NCBI GenBank assembly: GCA_036567605.1
Contig: DATCUE010000117.1
Coordinates: 482 to 64,481, forward strand
Origin: Candidatus Methanoperedens sp.
GTDB lineage: Archaea; Halobacteriota; Methanosarcinia; Methanosarcinales; Methanoperedenaceae
DNA length: 64,000 nucleotides
Direction: 5' to 3'
Below are positions 45,709-59,081 of this stretch, in pieces (position 1 is the first letter of the stretch; each line of letters starts with the position of its first letter). The notes beneath the pieces are model-generated. The model had not been told where the DNA came from. It was given only the letters and a program-made list of their open reading frames with translations, and did not search any database. Position numbers and translations under genes: made by a program.

Positions 45709-48564
45709 CTATTCAATGTATATGGCAGGTCTTAAAGGAGCGGCCGCCCGGCTTTTTTTCTGCGGATCATATTCAGGAGCATCTTCGCTGTAGATATCTA
45801 TATCGCATTCTACCGCATGGCATAAAAAGACCCTTGCTTCTTTTAAAGCCGAAATTTCGTCAAAATCAACTTCCATCAGAGAATTCATGAATTCCGTATC
45901 CATCCTCTGGATATCAGTGATTACTTTTTGTGCAAATTTTGGAATTTCTTTGCTATGCATTCTCATAATTGGATCGCTCATTACCGCACCCATGAGAGTT
46001 TTCATATCAAGAGCCCCCTCCCTTCTTATTGTTATACCTTTCTTAAGCACTGAATTTTTCCATGAAGCCGCCGTGTATAAAATCATCCTCTTTGGCTTTA
46101 TTTTAATAAGCCTGAGTATTTCTTCTATATCCCTAAGTGTATTACTCGTTATTTCCTCGGCAAGTTCTGCGCCCTTATTGACAAGATGCGCATCCGGCAT
46201 TGGGAACGCAGTTAATGAAATAAAATCCTTCCCGAGTTCTTCCCATAGCTCCTCGCATATGTGAGGTGTAAATGGCGCCATTAACCTTACCCATATGTCC
46301 AGAACCTGTTTTCGCGCAGCCTTCCCCCCGCGGCGTTCATACCATTTCATATCGTTCATCAGAAGGTAGAACGCATTCTGTACGGCACGCCTTGTCTGCA
46401 TTTTTTCAAGCGCATCAGTGGTTTCCCTTATCCTGTACTGTATCCTGCTGAGAATCCATCTATCTATTAATTTCAATTCATTCTCACTATTTGACCTGAT
46501 AATATCGTATGCCAGTTTATAGAACCGTTCAACCTGTTTTCGTGTTGATTCCACGTCAGCCGCCCGCCAGTCTGCATCCTGCACATGCTCGGCGGTGCTT
46601 AAGATATAAAGGCGGGTGATATCTGCCCCATATTCTTTCACTGCGGATTTTAACGTAAGCAGGGGGCCTTTTGATTTGCTCATCTTCTCCCCCTCAAGAG
46701 ATACGAAGCCGTTGATGGCCATTGCGCGCGGCCAGTAGATTTCGGGGAATATGGCAACATGATGGAATAGGAAAAAGAGTAGATGGTTCGGTATAAGATC
46801 CTTACCCGATGAGCGCAGGTCCACCGGATACCAGTATTCAAAATCCGACCTGATGTCCCTGATGGTGCCGGAAGCTATCCCGGTATTTGCCGCCACCTCT
46901 TCTGGTGTGTCTTTTCCGAGTAAACAGTAATTGAAAAAGTCTTCTTTTAACTGGTCGGGTCCGAACCTGTCAAGATATTTTGCAATGATATAATAACACA
47001 TGTAGATTGTTGAATCCCCAAGTGACTCTATCATCCATTCGTTGTCCCACGGCAACCTTGTTCCCAGTCCTTTTCGCCTTGCACAGGCCTTGTCCTTCAA
47101 CCAGTCGACCTTATTCTCAAAATCCACTCTTATCTCTGGCGGGATTATTCTCATATTCCGAAGGCATCTATAGACCTCTTCTTTCCATGAAGGGTCGGAA
47201 TAATTCAGGAACCACTGGTTCTCAACCATTTTTATAACACATGTGGCTCCGCATCTGCAAATTACCGGTTGTTCGCTGAATTCATAGAAAACGTCCGCAA
47301 TTCCTTGGTCGATAAGGTCATGTGTGAGCACATCCTTGATCTTTGAAACCGCCATGCCTGCGTATTTTCCCGTGGTCTCGGTCAGTACGCCGCCATGGAA
47401 TTCCCGCCTGTACACAAGTTTGGTGGCCTCCTCTGCCTTCGGGTCGTTCTGGTCTTTGACCTTGAGTTCTGAAACAGCGTCTATGGCAGGATATTTTCCG
47501 TATTCAGGGACTTTGATCAAAGCAATGGGCGGTATTGCAGAGACATCTTCTGTTATGCCATACCTTGCCAGATCCGCGCCTTTTAGATCACGCAGGGCGA
47601 GGTAATCATAGGGGGCATGGGCAGGAACGCTCATGACAATGCCGCTTCCGTTTTCGGGGCTCACGAAAGACGCCGGAAGTATTAACACCATCGTTCCCGT
47701 CACGGGGTTTTTCACTTTCTTGCCAATAAGTTCATCGCCATTTACATCGCCTTTAAGTTCCACTTTCTTATCAGTGAATTTGAGTTTGAGGTAGGCTTCT
47801 TTGCTGACTATCCAGTTCTCATCGTTGACTCTGATCCTTACATGGTTATTTTTCGGGTTTAGCCAGAGGTTGGTGACGCCAAATACGGTCTCAGGACGCA
47901 GTGTGGCGCAGGGGAGAATATCGCCATCAAACCTGAATTTTATCAGTGTATAATCCATTATCGTGGCATCTTCACCTCTCAGGATGTCGTGGTCCTCTAC
48001 GGGATTTTCATCGTTCGGGCACCACCTGACAGGATGTGCACCTTTCACAACCCTGTTTTTTTCGCGCAGAAGATTGAACTGCCAGGTGATGAATTTCTTA
48101 TAATGCGGATCGGTAGTTGTGAACCTTCGTCTCCAGTCGATCGAAAATCCTATGCTTTTCATCGCAGCTTCGGCTTCCCTGCTGAAATATTCAACTATCT
48201 GCTCAGGGGTCTGGATGGTCTCAAGGACCTCAAGCGGTATTTCATGAAGCTTGTTATAGACCCTTATCGTCTCCGGGTCTTTTTTCTGGATCTGTTCTGC
48301 AAGCCCTACTATCGGCGTTCCTGTCGCGTGAAAACCCATGGGGAATAAAACGTTGTAACCCTGCATTCTCCTGAATCTTGCGATCACATCGCCGATTGTG
48401 AATGTCCTGGTATGGCCGGCATGAAGATTGCCGTTCAAATAAGGGTAAGGGATGGTGATGAAGAACTTTTTCCTGCTATCTGGCTCAGGCTGGAATATCT
48501 TTGCCTCTGCCCATCTGCGCTGCCATTTCTCCTCAATTTCATGCGGGTCGTACCTTTCTTTCAT
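45709..48564 (-). CDS. leuS: Leucine--tRNA ligase
   Basis: 951 aa. HAGH (HIGH-type) in PYLNGNLHAGHTRT and KMSKS in GEKMSKSKG. Archaeal-type LeuRS length. Confidence 0.97.
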   Translation of the reverse strand: MKERYDPHEIEEKWQRRWAEAKIFQPEPDSRKKFFITIPYPYLNGNLHAGHTRTFTIGDVIARFRRMQGYNVLFPMGFHATGTPIVGLAEQIQKKDPETIRVYNKLHEIPLEVLETIQTPEQIVEYFSREAEAAMKSIGFSIDWRRRFTTTDPHYKKFITWQFNLLREKNRVVKGAHPVRWCPNDENPVEDHDILRGEDATIMDYTLIKFRFDGDILPCATLRPETVFGVTNLWLNPKNNHVRIRVNDENWIVSKEAYLKLKFTDKKVELKGDVNGDELIGKKVKNPVTGTMVLILPASFVSPENGSGIVMSVPAHAPYDYLALRDLKGADLARYGITEDVSAIPPIALIKVPEYGKYPAIDAVSELKVKDQNDPKAEEATKLVYRREFHGGVLTETTGKYAGMAVSKIKDVLTHDLIDQGIADVFYEFSEQPVICRCGATCVIKMVENQWFLNYSDPSWKEEVYRCLRNMRIIPPEIRVDFENKVDWLKDKACARRKGLGTRLPWDNEWMIESLGDSTIYMCYYIIAKYLDRFGPDQLKEDFFNYCLLGKDTPEEVAANTGIASGTIRDIRSDFEYWYPVDLRSSGKDLIPNHLLFFLFHHVAIFPEIYWPRAMAINGFVSLEGEKMSKSKGPLLTLKSAVKEYGADITRLYILSTAEHVQDADWRAADVESTRKQVERFYKLAYDIIRSNSENELKLIDRWILSRIQYRIRETTDALEKMQTRRAVQNAFYLLMNDMKWYERRGGKAARKQVLDIWVRLMAPFTPHICEELWEELGKDFISLTAFPMPDAHLVNKGAELAEEITSNTLRDIEEILRLIKIKPKRMILYTAASWKNSVLKKGITIRREGALDMKTLMGAVMSDPIMRMHSKEIPKFAQKVITDIQRMDTEFMNSLMEVDFDEISALKEARVFLCHAVECDIDIYSEDAPEYDPQKKSRAAAPLRPAIYIE

Positions 48565-48666
48565 TCGACTTGCTGCACTACTTATTAGTAAAAAGCTTTA
48601 ACGGTTCGGGTTCGAACATATCAAAAACATTAAGTATTATTATGATAGTTATTATTATGATAAATT

Positions 48667-49371
48667 ATGGTAGATCTAACTATAACACCTACACCGTTAA
48701 TAATTGCACTTTCAATCACGAACATTATTCTATTAATAATAGCGGTTTTTTTATTCATGAAATGCAGGAAACTGGGAAAGAAATGCGATCCTAAAAAGGA
48801 AGAGAAAAATAGTCTGGCAGGGATTGCCGATATCAATCCCAAAGAATTCAAACCCGAAAGGTTTGACCTGAAGCCGCAGGATGTCATTCCGGTGAAAACC
48901 GAGCCAAAGACTTTAAATTCAGGTGCCGTGCCTGAAATAAGTATTCAAGGAAAATCTCCTCTTAAACTTGAGGACGAGTTGCCTGAACTCGAAGAACCGC
49001 CAAAGAAAAAATCCGCCAGAAAGAAAAAATCTGTCAAAAAAGTACCCAAAGTCGCAGTCAAGGAAGTCGCTGCAAAAGAAGCTGCTGCAGGAACTGAAGT
49101 GATTCCCATCAAAAATGATGTAGTTGCTACCAATACGGAACATGAGACTGTTGCTAAAGAGGTCATAAAAGAACTGACGGAAATAGCGCCTGTGAAAAAA
49201 ACAACACGAAGGAAGAAGGCTGTTAAGAAAGAAGCCGTGGAAGCCGCCAAAGAAGTCGTCGTGGAGAAAACTGAAGTGCCAGTCCAGGTTCCGGTAGAAA
49301 ATAAGACTGCCGCACCGATTCCAACCGGCCAGGGAATGAATGCAAGTAACCAGGCTAATTTGCCCAAATAG
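48667..49371 (+). CDS. Hypothetical membrane-anchored Lys/Glu/Ala/Val-rich low-complexity protein
   Basis: 234 aa. N-terminal TM helix (LIIALSITNIILLIIAVFLFM), then KKKSARKKKSVKKVPKVAVKEVAAKEAAAG-type repeats. Its coding status is supported mainly by the TM helix plus length. Confidence 0.45.
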   Translation: MVDLTITPTPLIIALSITNIILLIIAVFLFMKCRKLGKKCDPKKEEKNSLAGIADINPKEFKPERFDLKPQDVIPVKTEPKTLNSGAVPEISIQGKSPLKLEDELPELEEPPKKKSARKKKSVKKVPKVAVKEVAAKEAAAGTEVIPIKNDVVATNTEHETVAKEVIKELTEIAPVKKTTRRKKAVKKEAVEAAKEVVVEKTEVPVQVPVENKTAAPIPTGQGMNASNQANLPK

Positions 49372-49534
49372 CATATAATTTTTTTCATTTTGAATAAAAT
49401 TAAAATCGCTACGCATTGAGGCGATAAGGTATATATGGTTTGAAAACAATCCAGAACCGAAGGTTTTGAAAGCTTGAAGGTACTAGAGTCGGTTTTAAAT
49501 TAATTTGAGTGAGTAGAAATAAATAATGTGATAA

Positions 49535-52777
<3,243 letters not shown>

Positions 52778-52787
52778 GCGAATCAGC

Positions 52788-53105
52788 ATGGATAGGGAGA
52801 TATTTGACCGGCTGAAGAAGATAAGCGATAGGTTAAAGAACACATATCATGCTGACAAAGTGATTCTCTATGGCTCATATGCCAGAGGAGAGGAAACTGA
52901 AGACAGCGATGTCGATCTGCTGGTCATTGCACCTCGAAAGGAGAGGTTTTTTGAAAGGATCGCCTCTGCAAAACGCCTTATCCGCGATTTGAGGGATGGT
53001 TTGCCGGTTGCACCCATTGTACTTACTCCTGATGAGGCTGAAAAGAGAAAAAATGTTGGTGATCAGTTCATAAAGGATATTTTGGAAAACGGGGTGAGTT
53101 TATGA
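52788..53105 (+). CDS. Minimal nucleotidyltransferase (MNT) domain protein
   Basis: 105 aa. VILYGSYARGEETEDSDVDLLVI corresponds to the GS-x10-DxD nucleotidyltransferase motif. Starts 10 nt after the gyrB stop. Confidence 0.8.
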   Translation: MDREIFDRLKKISDRLKNTYHADKVILYGSYARGEETEDSDVDLLVIAPRKERFFERIASAKRLIRDLRDGLPVAPIVLTPDEAEKRKNVGDQFIKDILENGVSL

Positions 53106-53209
53106 ATATTTCACGAGATTCTTCATCCTCCGAATGGTTGAGCATAGCACAAAAAGATTGGATGCGTGTTCGTCTTATGAAAATGATTTTTCCTTCGGAG
53201 ATATTATAA
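53102..53209 (+). pseudogene. Truncated HEPN-domain gene remnant (35 codons)
   Basis: ATGA overlap with the MNT stop. MNISRDSSSSEWLSIAQKDWMRVRLM resembles a HEPN N-terminal helix (EWL..A..D...A). The frame stops after 35 codons and no RxxxxH region is present. Confidence 0.4.
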
Positions 53210-53213
53210 TTCT

Positions 53214-53531
53214 ATGCAGCCAATAACAGAAGAACTCATCCAAGAAATCAAAAACCGCGTCGTTAACGGAGTTCATCCAGAGAAGATTATCCTTTTTGGC
53301 TCTTATGCTAATGGAACATCAACAAGAGACAGCGATTTGGATTTGTTAATAATTCTCTATACAGAAGAGCCGATGCACAAAAGGATTCTTCGAATAAGGA
53401 AGTTATTTCGTGATATCAGAGTTCCTAAAGATATTATTGTTTATACACCACAGGAAGTTGAGAAATGGAAAGACGCTTCCACAGCGTTTATCACTTCTAT
53501 TATGAAAAAAGGAAAGGTCATTTATGGTTAA
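53214..53531 (+). CDS. Minimal nucleotidyltransferase (MNT) domain protein, second copy
   Basis: 105 aa. IILFGSYANGTSTRDSDLDLLII is the nucleotidyltransferase motif. Confidence 0.8.
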   Translation: MQPITEELIQEIKNRVVNGVHPEKIILFGSYANGTSTRDSDLDLLIILYTEEPMHKRILRIRKLFRDIRVPKDIIVYTPQEVEKWKDASTAFITSIMKKGKVIYG

Positions 53532-54039
53532 TCGAGATATTTATTCTGAACTTGTTGCAGAGATTAAACAAGATGTTGAAAAAATAGTTAAAGGAAAAAT
53601 GGATATATGTACTTTATTAAAAAAATTTACTTCTGTATCTTCGAGGAATTTTATTCAAAAATATGTGGAAACAGAATTAAATGATTACAATAGTAAATTA
53701 GGAAAAATATCTTATGTAGTTGCCCTTTTTGCTGTAGTACTTACACCATTACAAAGCTTAATGTCGATTTATTATCCTCAATTTTATGAACAACATAAAC
53801 AGGTAACTCTTATATTTATCTTAGTTTTTGCCATTGCGATTGTATTTTTATTTCTTTGGATAGTAAAGATACCAAATGAAAAAAATATATTAAAAAATAT
53901 AATTATGGCGATAGAAGAGGATAAGCTAAAAGGAGAAGAGGTTAAATCGATAACTCAGAAATCTGAATTTATTGAAAATGTTTTGAACACGAAAGTTGAA
54001 AAAAAAGATTCGAACTCGTCTATTTTGGAAGGCAGGTGA
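53524..54039 (+). CDS. Hypothetical two-TM membrane protein occupying the HEPN position after the second MNT
   Basis: 171 aa, very AT-rich. 8-nt overlap with the MNT gene. Two hydrophobic helices: ISYVVALFAVVLTPL and LIFILVFAIAIVFLFLWIV. Confidence 0.45.
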   Translation: MVNRDIYSELVAEIKQDVEKIVKGKMDICTLLKKFTSVSSRNFIQKYVETELNDYNSKLGKISYVVALFAVVLTPLQSLMSIYYPQFYEQHKQVTLIFILVFAIAIVFLFLWIVKIPNEKNILKNIIMAIEEDKLKGEEVKSITQKSEFIENVLNTKVEKKDSNSSILEGR

Positions 54040-54098
54040 AAAGTGTACTTACATTTGCCATTTTTTAAAAAAGAAAACAAACCACAAAATACGCAGAT

Positions 54099-54131
54099 AA
54101 CGCAAAGTGATGATAAAACAACCTTTGCGTT
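54099..54131 (+). terminator. Hairpin (9-bp perfect stem) downstream of the MNT cassette
   Basis: AACGCAAAG, 15-nt loop, CTTTGCGTT, followed by CTTTGTG. Lies between 54039 and the gyrA start 54214. Confidence 0.3.
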
Positions 54132-54213
54132 CTTTGTGCTCTCCGCAGTGAGAAAATCTACTTTTATTTATTTAGAATTAATGATATTATATACAAATCT
54201 GAGCTGATACACA

Positions 54214-56721
54214 ATGACCGACCCCGAACCCAAAAACCCCCAGCAGAAACTCGTACAGGAAAAGATCAGCCCCGTCAACATCGAAGACGAGATGAAGCGC
54301 TCGTACATCGACTACGCCATGAGCGTAATAGTCGGGCGCGCGCTTCCCGATGTCAGGGACGGCCTGAAACCAGTCCACAGGCGCATCCTTTATGCAATGA
54401 ACGAGCAGGGGATGACCTCGGATAAGCCTTACAAGAAATCAGCAAGGATAGTGGGAGATGTCCTGGGTAAGTACCATCCTCACGGCGACATAGCGGTATA
54501 TGATACGATTGTCAGGATGGTCCAGACCTTTTCTCTTCGATATCCATTGATAGATGGGCAGGGGAATTTTGGCAGCATTGATGGCGACAGCGCTGCAGCG
54601 ATGAGATACACCGAAGTCAGGCTCGCAAAGATCGCAGAGGAAATCCTTGTTGATATCGACAAGGAGACCGTGGACTTTGTACCCAACTACGATGAATCCT
54701 TAAAAGAGCCGACAGTGCTTCCCTGCAAGCTTCCCAACCTCCTGATCAACGGCTCAACAGGGATAGCTGTGGGCATGGCCACCAATATGCCTCCGCACAA
54801 CCTTGGTGAAGTGATAGACGGCATAACAATGGTCATCGACAGGCCGGATGTTGGACTGGATGAACTCATCAAAGTGGTCAAGGGCCCGGATTTCCCGACA
54901 GCGGGTTTCATCTACGGGCGGCAGGGGATACGCGATGCTTACGCAACAGGCCGCGGTTCGATCAAGATGCGCGCCCGCGCCGTGATAGAGGAGATAAAGA
55001 ACAAAGAGCAGATCATCGTTACAGAACTGCCCTACCAGGTGAACAAGGCAAAACTGATAGAGACGATCGCAGGCCTTGTCAGGGATAAAAAGATAGCAGG
55101 TATCACTGACCTGCGCGACGAATCGGATAAGGATGGCATCAGGATAGTCATGGAAATTTCAAGGCAGGCGCAGGCCAATATCATTCTCAATCAACTGTAT
55201 TCTCACACGCAGCTTGAGGATACCTTCGGCGTCATCAACCTCGCTCTCGTTGACGGCCAGCCCCGGCTTCTTCCATTAAAAGACCTCATAATCCACTACA
55301 TAGCCCACAGGAAGCAGATTATCATAAGGCGCAGCCAATTCGAGCTTAAAAAAGCCGAGCAGCGCGCCCATATCCTCGAAGGTTTGAGGATCGCACTTTC
55401 CAACATCGACGAAGTAATAAAACTCATAAAAGCCTCAAAAACGCCGGACGAAGCGCGTGCGGGGCTTGTCGCGAAGTTCAAATTGAGCGAAGAACAGGCA
55501 AAGGCTATCCTTGAAATGAGGCTCCAGCGCCTGACAGGACTTGAACGCGAAAAGATAGACGCTGAATACGGCGAACTCTTAAAGACCATTGCATGGCTTA
55601 AAGAACTCCTTGCGAGCGAACCCAAGATACTGAATCTGATAAAGACCGAGCTTGCCGATATCAAAGCGCGCTTTGCAGACAAGAGGCGGACAGAGATAAT
55701 CGAAAGCACTGGGGAATTCGTAACAGAGGACCTGATACCAAAAGAAGACGACGTTATCACGATAACGAACAGCGGCTATATAAAACGCATCGCTGTGGAC
55801 GCGTATAAACAGCAGCGCCGCGGCGGGAAAGGGGTCATAGGCATGGAGACCAAGGAAGAGGATTTCGTGGGCGACCTTTTCATTGCAAACACACACGACT
55901 ACCTCCTTTTCTTTACGGACAGGGGCAAGGTTTACTGGCTCAAAGTTTACGAGATCCCGACAGCAGGGAGGCAGGCGCGCGGAACTGCGATAGTCAACCT
56001 GCTCCAGATAGAGCAGGGTGAAAAGATAAACGCCTATGTGCCCATCAGCAAGTTCGATGAGAAGCATTTCCTGCTTATGGTCACGAAGAAGGGCACTGCC
56101 AAGAAAACTGCGCTCACTGAATACTCAAATCCCAGAAAGACCGGGATAATCGCCATATCGCTCGAGGAAGGTGACAAGCTTGTATCCGTGAAGCTCACGG
56201 ACGGCACAAAGGAAGTCGTTGTAGGCACAAAGCACGGAAAGGCCATACGGTTTGGAGAAGACGATGTCAGGGATATGGGGCGCGGCGCTTATGGTGTCAG
56301 GGGCATGAAGCTGGTGGGTGAGGACGAAGTTGTAAGCGCAGCCATCGTTGAGGAAGGCGCCACACTTCTCACGGTCACGGAGAACGGCTTCGGGAAGCGC
56401 ACAGGATTCGGGGAATACCGCACCAGCAACCGTGGAGGACAGGGCGTTATCACCATTGATGTGAACGTGAGGAACGGGAACGTAGTGGATATAAGGAGCG
56501 TGCATGAGGATGACGAGATCATGGTTACAACATCAAAAGGCATAATCATCCGTGTGCCAGTTAAAGGTATCCGCGTGCAGGGCAGGGCGACGCAGGGCGT
56601 GAAGATAATGAACGTAGAGGGAGGAGACAGGGTCGTAGGTGTCGCGAGGCTTGCGAAGGAGGAGGAGAACGGGGAAGAGAAAACGATGCAGGTGAAATTT
56701 GAAGAGAATAAATTACCATGA
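54214..56721 (+). CDS. gyrA: DNA gyrase subunit A
   Basis: 835 aa. [37 protein letters not shown] and AAMRYTE (catalytic Tyr) are present. C-terminal beta-pinwheel repeats. Confidence 0.97.
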   Translation: MTDPEPKNPQQKLVQEKISPVNIEDEMKRSYIDYAMSVIVGRALPDVRDGLKPVHRRILYAMNEQGMTSDKPYKKSARIVGDVLGKYHPHGDIAVYDTIVRMVQTFSLRYPLIDGQGNFGSIDGDSAAAMRYTEVRLAKIAEEILVDIDKETVDFVPNYDESLKEPTVLPCKLPNLLINGSTGIAVGMATNMPPHNLGEVIDGITMVIDRPDVGLDELIKVVKGPDFPTAGFIYGRQGIRDAYATGRGSIKMRARAVIEEIKNKEQIIVTELPYQVNKAKLIETIAGLVRDKKIAGITDLRDESDKDGIRIVMEISRQAQANIILNQLYSHTQLEDTFGVINLALVDGQPRLLPLKDLIIHYIAHRKQIIIRRSQFELKKAEQRAHILEGLRIALSNIDEVIKLIKASKTPDEARAGLVAKFKLSEEQAKAILEMRLQRLTGLEREKIDAEYGELLKTIAWLKELLASEPKILNLIKTELADIKARFADKRRTEIIESTGEFVTEDLIPKEDDVITITNSGYIKRIAVDAYKQQRRGGKGVIGMETKEEDFVGDLFIANTHDYLLFFTDRGKVYWLKVYEIPTAGRQARGTAIVNLLQIEQGEKINAYVPISKFDEKHFLLMVTKKGTAKKTALTEYSNPRKTGIIAISLEEGDKLVSVKLTDGTKEVVVGTKHGKAIRFGEDDVRDMGRGAYGVRGMKLVGEDEVVSAAIVEEGATLLTVTENGFGKRTGFGEYRTSNRGGQGVITIDVNVRNGNVVDIRSVHEDDEIMVTTSKGIIIRVPVKGIRVQGRATQGVKIMNVEGGDRVVGVARLAKEEENGEEKTMQVKFEENKLP

Positions 56722-57278
56722 TATCCAAGATACTCCACGCACCAATAAAATACGACGGCTCCCAGATAGCGCCGCTTTGGGCATATAGTATGGGGATAAG
56801 AGGCGACTCAATAGTTATCTTCCGTGGCCCCATGGATGTTACATTTGACAATATGAAGGATTTTGAAGACAGGAAAGCAGGAAAGACCATAAAAGGGGAT
56901 GATTTGATACATATAATCGTGGAAAGGTTCGACTCTCCTGCAAGCATGCGCCTTGCCTATTATATGCAGCGTCTTCTCATCATCTGCGTCAGGGACGTCC
57001 TTCTGAATCACGGGACAAAAACTATACGGAACGGCGATGACCTGTTTGTTGATGACGGGAAACTGACAGTAAGTATAGCTAGCGCCGGGGTGGGAAGTGA
57101 GAAAATACATTGCGGGATAAACCTTACAACACGGGGGACACCACTTGATGTTAAGACTGCCGCTCTGGAAGAGCATGGGATAAAAGATTGGAAAAATATT
57201 GCGGAAGAAATATCTGAAATCTTTATCCAGGAGGTTGAAGATATTGAAGGCGATATCGTAAAAACAAAAAGTCTATGA
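56718..57278 (+). CDS. DUF366-family protein (tentative)
   Basis: 186 aa. ATGA overlap with the gyrA stop. The family call is from recollection of archaeal DUF366 sequences. Confidence 0.55.
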   Translation: MISKILHAPIKYDGSQIAPLWAYSMGIRGDSIVIFRGPMDVTFDNMKDFEDRKAGKTIKGDDLIHIIVERFDSPASMRLAYYMQRLLIICVRDVLLNHGTKTIRNGDDLFVDDGKLTVSIASAGVGSEKIHCGINLTTRGTPLDVKTAALEEHGIKDWKNIAEEISEIFIQEVEDIEGDIVKTKSL

Positions 57279-57499
57279 CAGATTTGATAAGATCAGGAAT
57301 CTCTTTAATACTCATCGGCTTTATACTCGTTTTCGCCGGAACATTACTTTCCTCCGGGAACGCTGGTTTTGGGGGACTTATTATGATAGGTCCGATACCT
57401 ATAGCTTTTGGTTCATCCCCCACAATGACGATAGTTGCGATGGTTATCGGTTTGCTCATTATGATAGTATTCTGGATTTTCGGGAGGAGAAATGCCTGA
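57275..57499 (+). CDS. DUF131/TIGR00304-type small membrane protein
   Basis: 74 aa. GGLIMIGPIPIAFGSSP is the central motif between two TM helices. Confidence 0.6.
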   Translation: MTDLIRSGISLILIGFILVFAGTLLSSGNAGFGGLIMIGPIPIAFGSSPTMTIVAMVIGLLIMIVFWIFGRRNA

Positions 57500-57758
57500 A
57501 TGGGCCTTCCTGATAACGATCGGAATCATCCTGGTAATACTCGGCTTCCTTCTGGTAACCTTTGGAATTATGCGTTCTGTGCAGGAAGAACAAGCTGAAG
57601 AGCCGCCTTATGAAATCAAGGAAAAAAGTGTTAAGGGCACAGGAGTGATACTAATAGGTCCTGTACCCATCGTTTTCGGCTCTGATAAAAAGTCTGCATT
57701 GATACTTATTGTTTTGGCGATCGTTCTTATGCTGCTGATGATAATATTTCTGAAATAA
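57492..57758 (+). CDS. DUF131/TIGR00304-type small membrane protein, paralogue
   Basis: 88 aa. GVILIGPVPIVFGSDKK is the same motif as the preceding ORF. 8-nt overlap with it. Confidence 0.6.
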   Translation: MPEWAFLITIGIILVILGFLLVTFGIMRSVQEEQAEEPPYEIKEKSVKGTGVILIGPVPIVFGSDKKSALILIVLAIVLMLLMIIFLK

Positions 57759-57761
57759 TTT

Positions 57762-59081
57762 TTATCGATCTGTGATCTCGACTACGCACAATAAACCGTG
57801 ACCGCAGCCCAATGCCGGTCCTAAGGACATCTCAATATTTCGCAGTATTACGGCGATTTGCGGACCCATCATGCTTGCCCGGAAATCCTCGACAGGAAAT
57901 CGATGTGCATTCCTGTAAAGCCATGTAAGGAACTTCAACTCGTTTGAAATATCCTGCGGCGTTGTCTCTATCAAATTCGATACCATGCCATCGTCTCCAT
58001 TGAACAATGCTCCAACAAGATATATAATGTAATTCCATTTTTCGTGATAATCGTATAAACGCGCCAATACTCGGGGCTGTGTTTCTTCAAGCCCTGCGCA
58101 CCAGTCCAGGTCAATGAGCAGGTGCTCGATTTCTTCCCTGTGGTCATGATCAAATAAACGGTTGACCTGGTTTCGATAATTCAAGCACGGTGCGCCGAAG
58201 AGACCTGTTTCCATATGCCTGCCCACAAAAACAGAGCGGTCAATGCACTGAACTATTTGCACGCCTCTATGTGTTTTTTTTGCCGAGGCGTCAAGCATTT
58301 GAAATAACAATTGAGGTGTCCAGTAACAGGCATCGTACCATTGGATTGCACTTTTTTCACGTAATTCAGGAGGTATCAAATAAGCCATATTGTAGGGGAG
58401 CATCGTTCTATTCTCATTCCAGTATTTTGGCCATTCAAGAGAGTATTTCCCGAACAAATCAAAAACCATGAAAGCTCCCGGTTCAGCATGATCAAATATT
58501 TCTTCAACAAGTATCTGGAGCTTATCCGGAGTCAGATGCGAAAGAGAAGAATATGATGAAAAATAAATATCAAATGGTATCTCGTCCTTAAGGGAAAAAC
58601 CTCTGTTCAGGTCAGCCTGCTCAAACCGTACGTTATTTCGATTCTCGTAGTTTTTCCTTCCCTGCTGAACCATGGAAGCACTGATATCAACTCCTATGTA
58701 AGATGAAATTTGTTCAGGTGATAAAATAAAACATTTTTTGCCGGTATTGAGGGGCTGGCTTACAGGGATATGTGTAAGCAACTCAAAACCTTCCCCGCTC
58801 CCGCAACCAAGGTCAACTACCCGGATACTATTTTGCCTTGCCAGAAGTTCTTCAACAGGTCTACGAATTGTTAATTTGATTGCAATATCTTCCCAGTATT
58901 TCCTGACATTGTCTTTTTTACCTGTAAGCCCGCTTCTTTCGAGCCCATAGAAACCCTGCTGTGCTGCAATATCAAAGAATTCAGCAGGATTAATTTTACT
59001 CTCGTCTTTCTTCCTTGTGTTTAATACCTGGGCTGGCCAGCCGATAAAATTCCCAAAGACCGTAAAATCACCTGCATATTC
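57762..59081 (-). CDS. Class I SAM-dependent methyltransferase with unresolved start (no ATG/GTG/TTG before motif I; in-frame TAG at 59082-59084)
   Basis: The ORF-track start (TTG 58781) lies after motif I. The same frame is open for 100 more codons upstream: EYAGDFTVFGNF...NSIRVVDLGCGSGEGFELL. Confidence 0.6.
   Translation of the reverse strand, partial: EYAGDFTVFGNFIGWPAQVLNTRKKDESKINPAEFFDIAAQQGFYGLERSGLTGKKDNVRKYWEDIAIKLTIRRPVEELLARQNSIRVVDLGCGSGEGFELLTHIPVSQPLNTGKKCFILSPEQISSYIGVDISASMVQQGRKNYENRNNVRFEQADLNRGFSLKDEIPFDIYFSSYSSLSHLTPDKLQILVEEIFDHAEPGAFMVFDLFGKYSLEWPKYWNENRTMLPYNMAYLIPPELREKSAIQWYDACYWTPQLLFQMLDASAKKTHRGVQIVQCIDRSVFVGRHMETGLFGAPCLNYRNQVNRLFDHDHREEIEHLLIDLDWCAGLEETQPRVLARLYDYHEKWNYIIYLVGALFNGDDGMVSNLIETTPQDISNELKFLTWLYRNAHRFPVEDFRASMMGPQIAVILRNIEMSLGPALGCGHGLLCVVEITDR

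Noticed and set aside
48919-49449. Two long antisense ORFs (48919-49449 and 48945-49388) opposite the Lys-rich gene.
   Set aside because: Their products are low-complexity mirror images (F/S/L-rich) created by the biased AAG/GAA-rich sense strand. There is no independent coding evidence.
54106-54199. Possible C/D box sRNA upstream of gyrA (GTGATGA near 54106, CTGA near 54196).
   Set aside because: The boxes are about 90 nt apart, far more than the 50-60 nt of archaeal C/D sRNAs. No convincing D' and C' boxes or terminal stem are present. The GTGATGA sits in the loop of the 54099-54131 hairpin.
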